A stretch of 32,000 nt of DNA from Nanopusillaceae archaeon (GTDB lineage Archaea > Nanobdellota > Nanobdellia > Nanobdellales > Nanobdellaceae), in NCBI GenBank assembly GCA_038735675.1, contig JAVYNJ010000003.1, forward strand, positions 318-32,317, written 5' to 3'. Within the stretch, counting starts at the first letter, position 1. Each line of letters begins with the position of its first letter. The notes beneath the pieces are model-generated. The model had not been told where the DNA came from and did not search any database. It was given only the letters and a program-made list of their open reading frames with translations. A program made the position numbers and the translations under genes. This document shows, piece after piece, positions 8,213 to 14,987 of the stretch.

Positions 8213-9529
8213 ATGATATATAATTCAATCTTAATAGGTGTTGATGAGATTTGGACAAAATCCGAAAAAGTTAAAAATAAATTGATGAAAGAGCTTTATA
8301 AAATTATTTCTAATTCCATCGAAACAAATAATATTTTGGTTGGAAGGGGAAGAATATTTATATTCGACTATAAAGAAGAATGGATTTATAAATTACAAAA
8401 AATTTTTGGAATAAAAACAATTTATCCAGCATATAAAGTAAAGACAGATTTAGAAGAAATTAAGTTAGGATCAAAATTGTTTTTTGAAAATTTTAACGGC
8501 AGTTTTAAAGTAGTTACAAAAAGAGTTTGGAAAGATTTTAAATATAATTCTTTGGAAGTTAATAAAACTATTGGAGAATATTTATATAAAAATTTTGGAT
8601 TAAAAATAGATCTAAAAAATCCAGATAAAATACTTTACATAGAAATACACGATTTTGCTACATTTTTGTATGATAAAGTATTTTATGGACCTGGTGGATT
8701 TCCACTAGGTTTTCAAGGAAAAGGAATTTTATTGTTTTCTGGTGGTATAGATTCTTCCGTTGCTGCATATCTCATTGGAAAGAGAGGATTAGATTTAGAT
8801 TTTCTATTTGTAAATATTGGTGGAAAATCATATTTAAGATATATTTATAGAATTTTTAACAAATTAAAAGAATATTTTCCGAATTCTAAGCTTTATGTTT
8901 ATGATTTTGATATAGAAAAATTATTTAAGGTTAGAAAAGGATATAGACAGATAATTTATAAAGCAGTTATATATAAAATTGCTGAAGAATTTTGCAAATT
9001 TAAAAATTATTTTTGTATCGTGACTGGAGAATCTTTAGGTCAAGTTTCAACACAAACAATGTATTCAATAAAATGTTTAGATAAAATAATAGATTTTACA
9101 GTTTTTAGACCTTTATTAGGATTTAATAAAGATGAAATAATTAGTTTATCTAAAAGTTTAGGATTTTATGATTATAGAGCCCCAGAAATATGTGAAATAG
9201 AAAAGCATTCTAAAGCAAAACCAAATTATGAGATATTTATTGAAGAATTAAATAAACTAGATATTAATTTCAAAGAAGAGATAAATAAAATTTATGAACT
9301 AAATAATTTAGAAGAAAATTTGGAATATAGAATAGATTTACCAGATAAAAAAAATTTAATTATTGTTGATGTAAGGAATTTTGATAAAATAACTTTAGAA
9401 AAAGATAAAAAATATCTTTTTATATGTCCAACCGGCATTTTAGCAAAAAAATTTTATGAAAAATATAAAAACGAATACAATGTTTATTATTTAGATATAA
9501 AAACTGCTAAGTTATTAGGATATTTATGA
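8213..9529 (+). CDS. thiI: tRNA 4-thiouridine sulfurtransferase ThiI (THUMP + PP-loop ATPase + C-terminal rhodanese-like domain)
   Basis: The PP-loop is LLFSGGIDSSVAAYL and TGESLGQVSTQT is present. The N-terminal MIYNSILIGVDEIWTKS fits the ThiI ferredoxin-like/THUMP start. The C-terminal LIIVDVRN...KKYLFICPTGILAKK looks like a rhodanese active-site loop. The start is chosen at Met19 of the track ORF. Confidence 0.85.
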   Translation: MIYNSILIGVDEIWTKSEKVKNKLMKELYKIISNSIETNNILVGRGRIFIFDYKEEWIYKLQKIFGIKTIYPAYKVKTDLEEIKLGSKLFFENFNGSFKVVTKRVWKDFKYNSLEVNKTIGEYLYKNFGLKIDLKNPDKILYIEIHDFATFLYDKVFYGPGGFPLGFQGKGILLFSGGIDSSVAAYLIGKRGLDLDFLFVNIGGKSYLRYIYRIFNKLKEYFPNSKLYVYDFDIEKLFKVRKGYRQIIYKAVIYKIAEEFCKFKNYFCIVTGESLGQVSTQTMYSIKCLDKIIDFTVFRPLLGFNKDEIISLSKSLGFYDYRAPEICEIEKHSKAKPNYEIFIEELNKLDINFKEEINKIYELNNLEENLEYRIDLPDKKNLIIVDVRNFDKITLEKDKKYLFICPTGILAKKFYEKYKNEYNVYYLDIKTAKLLGYL

Positions 9530-10359
9530 AAATTAAACTCGTAGCATACGATTCTTTTTCTACAAGAGCTATGGCTACATTAATAGAAACAGATCATAAA
9601 ATATTTATTGATCCTTCTATATCTATCGCTCCATTTAGATATGGTCTTCCTCCATCCCACGTAGAAATGGAAGAGCTAGAAAAAAGATATAATGAAATTA
9701 TTGAATTAGGAAAAAAAGCAGATATAATTATTATTACTCATTATCATTGGGATCATTGTCCTCATCCAGAAAACGATGAACATCTAGAGATTCTTAAAAA
9801 TAAAATAATTTTAGCAAAAGATTTTAGAAATACTAACAAATCTCAATATTTTAGGGGAAATTTCCTTTATAATAAGATAAAAAATTTGGAATTTTGTGAT
9901 AAGAAAAAATATGAATTTGAAAATACCTATATTGAATTTTCTAGTGGAGTTTTTCATGGAGAAAAAAATAGTAAATTGGGAAAGGTTGTTATGGCATATA
10001 TAGAATATCTGGGAAATAACATATTGTTCGGATCTGATATTCAGGGAATTCTTACAGAAGAAGTTTTAAAATTTATAGTAAATAAAAATCCGAAGATCTT
10101 AATATTATCTGGTCCGCCAATATATCATCCTAAATGGAAAAAGGAGCTAGAAGAAAAATTTATAGAAAATTTAGTTATAATAAAAGAAAAAACCAAAATA
10201 GAAAAAATAATTTTAGATCATCATTCTGCTAGATCTAAAAATTATTTAGAATATTTGAAATATTTAAATGAAAAAGTAAAAATAAAAATCTTATCTGGTG
10301 CAGATTTTATGAATATTAGAAATCGTTTATTAGAAGCAAATAGAGATAAATTTTACTAA
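9526..10359 (+). CDS. Metallo-beta-lactamase-fold hydrolase (archaeal UPF0282-like)
   Basis: It carries the HxHxDH motif THYHWDHC. The N-terminal STRAMATLIETDHKIFIDPSISIAPFRYGLPP resembles the conserved archaeal MBL family. The ATG overlaps the thiI stop (ATGA). Confidence 0.7.
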   Translation: MKIKLVAYDSFSTRAMATLIETDHKIFIDPSISIAPFRYGLPPSHVEMEELEKRYNEIIELGKKADIIIITHYHWDHCPHPENDEHLEILKNKIILAKDFRNTNKSQYFRGNFLYNKIKNLEFCDKKKYEFENTYIEFSSGVFHGEKNSKLGKVVMAYIEYLGNNILFGSDIQGILTEEVLKFIVNKNPKILILSGPPIYHPKWKKELEEKFIENLVIIKEKTKIEKIILDHHSARSKNYLEYLKYLNEKVKIKILSGADFMNIRNRLLEANRDKFY

Positions 10360-10371
10360 AAAATATTTTAA

Positions 10372-11259
10372 ATGATAGATAAAGAAGATATACTACAAAT
10401 AAAAGATCTTGTAAGCAAAATAAAAGATACTTTGTTAAAAAAGAATGAAGATACGAATATAGATATAATAGATTTAGACAAATTTAATAATCTAGATGAA
10501 GATTTTGTTTTTATTGATTCTAGTCATGCAAGCGGAATAGTGGGGCCAATTTCCTATGTTTATTTAAGAGCTGTAGCTATTTCTAGAAATAAAGAAACTA
10601 CTCTTAAAGATTACATTATATTTCCCGATATATTTATAGATGTATTTGAAAAAAAGGAAATAAAATCTTTAGAAATATCAGATCTTGCTAGTGTATTTAG
10701 CAAAAATCTGGAATATAGATTGGCATGGGAATCTAAAGAAAGATATAAAATAATTGATGGTTCGCTTGTTTCGGATTTTGTACTTTTTCAGAAAATAATA
10801 GGATCTCCTATAGAAGAAATAAATGGAAGAATTCAATCATATAGAGAAAATTTCTATAATTCGGATAAAATTAAATTAATCTCTATAGCTAAAAGAATAT
10901 TACATTCGAAATTATTTAAATCACAAAAACCAGATTTTATAATTTTGTTAAATAAGTATCCTTTTGAAACATTTTGTACAAAAGTAATTTATAAGGATCT
11001 TGATGAAAGAAAAATAAAAGCTTGTTACATTAGAGCAAGAAAATATGAACATATATATAGAATAGAGAGTTGGAATAATATGGAAGATGAAGAATTTTAC
11101 TCGATTATAAAAACTATATTTTATGAAAAAGCATATCCATATCTTTTAAAAATGGCACATAATTTATGTAAAATCAAAAATAAAGAAAAAAATCTTATAG
11201 AGGAAATAATAAAGAGAGAATTGGGTATAGATAAAAGTGTTGGCTGGGAAACTAAATAA
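10372..11259 (+). CDS. NurA-like nuclease domain protein (tentative)
   Basis: The motif order resembles NurA: FVFIDSSHA (the DGS-like motif I, here DSS), WESKERYKIIDGSLV (E...DGSL), LISIAKRILHSKLF (the vSKxS-like motif), then CYIRARKYEHIYRIE. Motif reading only. Confidence 0.5.
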   Translation: MIDKEDILQIKDLVSKIKDTLLKKNEDTNIDIIDLDKFNNLDEDFVFIDSSHASGIVGPISYVYLRAVAISRNKETTLKDYIIFPDIFIDVFEKKEIKSLEISDLASVFSKNLEYRLAWESKERYKIIDGSLVSDFVLFQKIIGSPIEEINGRIQSYRENFYNSDKIKLISIAKRILHSKLFKSQKPDFIILLNKYPFETFCTKVIYKDLDERKIKACYIRARKYEHIYRIESWNNMEDEEFYSIIKTIFYEKAYPYLLKMAHNLCKIKNKEKNLIEEIIKRELGIDKSVGWETK

Positions 11260-12673
11260 ATCTATAGAAAGTTTCTTCTCCTTTATCTAATAAATCTATT
11301 CCAATATTTCTCATCTTTTCTCTTATTTTATCAGAAAGATCATATTGTTTTCTTTTTCTTAAATCTTTTCTTATTTCTAAAATTAAATCTAATAAGCTAT
11401 AGATTAACTTGTTATCTTCTTTTTTATAAAATATATCATCCCAACAAGCATAAATACTGTTAACTAACTTGTAAAATTCGTAAGAAGTATATAGTAATGT
11501 AAATATTTCTGAATTTACTATCTCTTTATTTATAAACTTTGTAGCTTCTAGTAAAATTGCAGTTGCTTTTGTAGTATCTATGTCATCTAAAATACTATCT
11601 ATAAATTTCTTTTCATAAGCTAATAAAGTATTCCAAATTTTTATTTTATCTTCAGATAATTTAAAAGTTCTATCAACTTTTTCTAATTCGGAAATAATTG
11701 TTTTAATTGTAGAACTAATGTATTTATAATTATCTATTGCTTGTTGAATTCCTTCTTCAGTAATATTTAAGATATCTTTGTAATGTGTTGAAGCAAAGTA
11801 GAATCTAGCAGGCATTTCTCCATATTTATCTAGAAATTCTCCGGCTTCGATAATATTTCCTAAAGATTTACTCATTTTTTCTCCTCCAATATAAACTAAT
11901 CCTATGTGAACCCAATATTTTACCCATTCATTTAAAAATCTTGCTTCAGATTGAGCAATTTCATTTTCATGATGTGGAAATATCAAATCTTGTCCACCAG
12001 TATGTATATCGAATTTTTTCCCTAAATATTCAGATGACATAGTAGAACATTCTATATGCCAGCCGGGCCTTCCATTTCCAATAGTCGTTTCCCAATATGG
12101 TTCATCTTCTCTTTTAAATTTCCATAAAGCAAAATCATATGGATTTATTTTATCAGATAAAAATTCTTCTTCCTGTCTCCAATTATTTGGATCTTTTTTT
12201 CCAGAAAGTTTACCATAATCTTTAAATTTATCTAAGTTAAAATATATTCCATATTTTCCACTGTAAGCATATCCTTTTTTAATTAAATCTTGTATAAATT
12301 CTACCATTTCTGGTATATGTTCGGTTACTTTTGGATTAATATAGAAAGGAAGATTGTTTATTCTAGATATTATTTTTATATGATATTTAATATTTTCTTC
12401 CGAAATTTCTTTCCAATTTTTTCCGGTTTCTCTAGATTTTTTTATTATTTTATCGTCTATATCAGTAAAATTACTTATTGCAATATCGATATAACCTAAA
12501 AATCTTAATGTTCTTCTTAATATATCAACAGAAACTTCTGACCTTAAATGTCCCACATGAGATTTATCGTAAGGTGTTATACCACAATGATATATTCTTA
12601 CAAAAGGGTATTCTAATGGTTCAAACTTTTCTTTTTTCTTACTTAAACTATTATATAGATACAAAACACCCAT
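11252..12673 (-). CDS. cysS: Cysteinyl-tRNA synthetase
   Basis: Motifs: YHCGITPYDKSHVGHLRS (the HIGH-type HVGH), WHIECS, HHENE and GGEKMSKSLGN (KMSKS). 473 aa. The 3' end overlaps the convergent NurA-like gene by 8 nt. Confidence 0.93.
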   Translation of the reverse strand: MGVLYLYNSLSKKKEKFEPLEYPFVRIYHCGITPYDKSHVGHLRSEVSVDILRRTLRFLGYIDIAISNFTDIDDKIIKKSRETGKNWKEISEENIKYHIKIISRINNLPFYINPKVTEHIPEMVEFIQDLIKKGYAYSGKYGIYFNLDKFKDYGKLSGKKDPNNWRQEEEFLSDKINPYDFALWKFKREDEPYWETTIGNGRPGWHIECSTMSSEYLGKKFDIHTGGQDLIFPHHENEIAQSEARFLNEWVKYWVHIGLVYIGGEKMSKSLGNIIEAGEFLDKYGEMPARFYFASTHYKDILNITEEGIQQAIDNYKYISSTIKTIISELEKVDRTFKLSEDKIKIWNTLLAYEKKFIDSILDDIDTTKATAILLEATKFINKEIVNSEIFTLLYTSYEFYKLVNSIYACWDDIFYKKEDNKLIYSLLDLILEIRKDLRKRKQYDLSDKIREKMRNIGIDLLDKGEETFYRFI

Positions 12674-12711
12674 AAATCATTTATTATTTTACAATTGATA
12701 AATTTATAAAT

Positions 12712-12795
12712 GCGGGGGTGCCCGAGAGGCCAAAGGGGTCGGGTTGAGGTCCCGATGGATTAGGTCCGTCCGGGGTTCAAATCCCCGCCCCCGCA
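12712..12795 (+). tRNA. tRNA-Leu (anticodon GAG), class II with long variable arm, 84 nt
   Basis: Read: GCGGGGG TG CCCGAGAGGCCAAAGGGG TCGGG TTGAGGT CCCGA, variable arm TGGATTAGGTCCGTC, CGGGG TTCAAAT CCCCG CCCCCGC A. The anticodon GAG is at 12746-12748. Confidence 0.9.
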
Positions 12796-12799
12796 ATTT

Positions 12800-13213
12800 T
12801 TAAATTTTAAATGCTAATTTTGATATTGTAAGTTGCTTATAGATAAATATGTAAAATATTAACAAGAGAATAAATATTAAAAAAAGAATTATAAAAATTT
12901 TTTCTAGTATATTATTTTCTTTCTTTTTATATCTATTTAAAAGAATCTCAATTATCGGAACGGCTACTAATATTGCAGCAAAATTTCCATCATAAATTTC
13001 AAATAGATATAAAAAAATTCCATTAAATAACCATCCTACTAAAAACCAAAAGTTATCTATATATATAACTAGTACAAAAGACAAAATAATAGAAAAGTAT
13101 GGTTCTTTGAAGTAAAGATAAATTGGATATATTATAAATGCTAAAGAGAACCCAATTATAAGTATAATTAATCTATTTTTAAATATAGATCTCTCTTTTA
13201 GTATGATAGGCAT
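12800..13213 (-). CDS. Hypothetical membrane protein
   Basis: 137 aa with about 4 hydrophobic segments and no recognisable motif. Its stop lies 4 nt from the tRNA-Leu 3' end. Confidence 0.45.
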   Translation of the reverse strand: MPIILKERSIFKNRLIILIIGFSLAFIIYPIYLYFKEPYFSIILSFVLVIYIDNFWFLVGWLFNGIFLYLFEIYDGNFAAILVAVPIIEILLNRYKKKENNILEKIFIILFLIFILLLIFYIFIYKQLTISKLAFKI

Positions 13214-13273
13214 GTATTTTTTATAATTTTTTATACTTAAAAATTAAAATATTTTGCATTAATAGTTAGTTTA

Positions 13274-13561
13274 ATGGCCGAAGTTAATCAAAAAGTAGAA
13301 AATGTTAAGCCAGTTGAAGAAAAAGAAATAACTTTAAATATGAGAAAATGGATACTAAAAGCACCCTTACAAAAAAGAGCAAAAAAACTAGCATATGCTT
13401 TAAGAGAGGTGATAAAAAGAATTACAAAAGTTAATGAAGTAAAAATATCTGGACGTTTAAATAAATATATTTGGTCTAGAGGAATAAAAAGTCCTCCAAA
13501 AAAATTAAATCTAAGGATAATAAAAAAAGAAGAAAAAGTTTTTGTAGATATAAAAGAATAA
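13274..13561 (+). CDS. rpl31e: 50S ribosomal protein L31e (eL31)
   Basis: 95 aa and basic. ITLNMRKWILKAPLQKRAKKLAYALREVIKR...ISGRLNKYIWSRGIKSPPKKLNLRI matches the eL31 pattern. Confidence 0.85.
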   Translation: MAEVNQKVENVKPVEEKEITLNMRKWILKAPLQKRAKKLAYALREVIKRITKVNEVKISGRLNKYIWSRGIKSPPKKLNLRIIKKEEKVFVDIKE

Positions 13562-13565
13562 ATAT

Positions 13566-14648
13566 ATGTTAATAAAAGAAAAAGAGGCTACTATAGATAT
13601 TCCAAGAATTTTTTTGTCTAAAAAATCAGAGGTCTTTTATAATCCTTTAATGAAAATAAATAGGGATTTTACTATAATTATTTTAAAGTCATTTTATTAT
13701 GTAAGAAATAAAAAATTAGATATATTGGATTCTATGGCTGCTAGTGGTATAAGAAGTATTAGAATATTGAAAGAGATACCTGAAGTTGTTAATCATATAA
13801 AAATAGTAGATATAAAGGAAGAAGCTATAAAAAATATAAAAAGAAATCTTTTAATAAATAATATAAAAAAAGAAAATTATGAGATTTTAAAGGAGGATTG
13901 CAGAGTTGTTATGTATAAAGAAAAATTCGATTATATTGATATAGATCCCTTTGGATCTCCTATTGGATTTATACAGCCTGCAGTTCTTTCTTTGAAAAAT
14001 TTAGGTTTATTAGGAGTTACTGCTACAGATATAGCTGCTTTATCTGCATCAAAACCTACGGCTAGCTTAAAGAAATATGGTACAAGAGGTTATAAAACTG
14101 ATTTTTATTTAGAGTTCGGCATTAGAGTTTTAGCAAAATATGTTATTGAAGAAGGAATAAAATTTGATGTTGCATTAATTCCAGTATTTGCATATTATTA
14201 TAAACATCATTACAGAATTTTCTTTATAAAGTCTAAAAAGGCAGCAGATATAAAATATTTATTAGAAAATATCAAGTATATTTATTATTGTAAAAGTTGC
14301 GGATATAAATCAGATTCTTTTGACATATGTATCAATTGTAATAAGAAGATGGATATCTTAGGACCAATATACGTTGGTAGTCTTTATATGAACAAGGAAA
14401 TATTAAATATGTTTTATACTATTAGTTTAAATTTCGATTTAGAAAAAGAAGAAAAGAAAATATTAGAAAGAATTTTTAATTGTGATTCAAAAATAAACTT
14501 ATGGTATTATTATGATATAAGAAATTTGGGAAAATTTTTGAAATTAAAGCAAATGCCAAGTATAAATGAAATACTTCAAATGAATCATGGTTGTAGAACA
14601 CATTTTTCAGATTATGGAATAAAATGTATAAATTATCCAAAAATTTAA
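13566..14648 (+). CDS. trm1: tRNA (guanine26-N2)-dimethyltransferase Trm1
   Basis: Motifs: FYNPLMKINRDFTI, DSMAASGIRSIR (SAM site) and DIDPFGSP. A Cys-pair Zn motif CKSCGY...CINCNKK is present. 360 aa. Confidence 0.9.
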   Translation: MLIKEKEATIDIPRIFLSKKSEVFYNPLMKINRDFTIIILKSFYYVRNKKLDILDSMAASGIRSIRILKEIPEVVNHIKIVDIKEEAIKNIKRNLLINNIKKENYEILKEDCRVVMYKEKFDYIDIDPFGSPIGFIQPAVLSLKNLGLLGVTATDIAALSASKPTASLKKYGTRGYKTDFYLEFGIRVLAKYVIEEGIKFDVALIPVFAYYYKHHYRIFFIKSKKAADIKYLLENIKYIYYCKSCGYKSDSFDICINCNKKMDILGPIYVGSLYMNKEILNMFYTISLNFDLEKEEKKILERIFNCDSKINLWYYYDIRNLGKFLKLKQMPSINEILQMNHGCRTHFSDYGIKCINYPKI

Positions 14649-14681
14649 ATATTAAATGAATTAAAAAATAAAAATATATTT

Positions 14682-14969
14682 ATGCCTAAGGCTAGTGTAA
14701 TAATAAAGATTTCAGAGAAAGGAATTATGCTTGATGGTAATGAAGAAATTCTTTGGTTTCTAAATGATAAATCTGGAAAAAAAATTTTAGAGGAAATTTT
14801 GAATTTGCTTATAGAATATAAAAAAATTAAAGGTAAAAAAGGGAAAATGAACATTATCATAATTAGCAATAATGAAAAATTTTACGAAATAATAGAAAAA
14901 TACAAAGAACATTTTAATTTTATATTTGAAAAATCGTATCAAACAAAGATAATTAATTTTTTTAAATAA
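14682..14969 (+). CDS. Hypothetical small protein (95 aa)
   Basis: It fills the gap between trm1 and hef on the same strand as both. The sequence is K/E/I-rich with no motif recognised. Comparable ORFs exist on the opposite strand, so coding status is uncertain. Confidence 0.35.
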   Translation: MPKASVIIKISEKGIMLDGNEEILWFLNDKSGKKILEEILNLLIEYKKIKGKKGKMNIIIISNNEKFYEIIEKYKEHFNFIFEKSYQTKIINFFK

Positions 14970-14987
14970 ATATAACAAATATTTTAA

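Noticed and set aside
12703-12710. A TTTATAAA element directly upstream of tRNA-Leu(GAG) could be its TATA box.
   Set aside because: It ends only 2 nt before the mature 5' end, far from the usual position of about -26. TATA-like strings are ubiquitous in this composition, so no promoter is called without TSS data.
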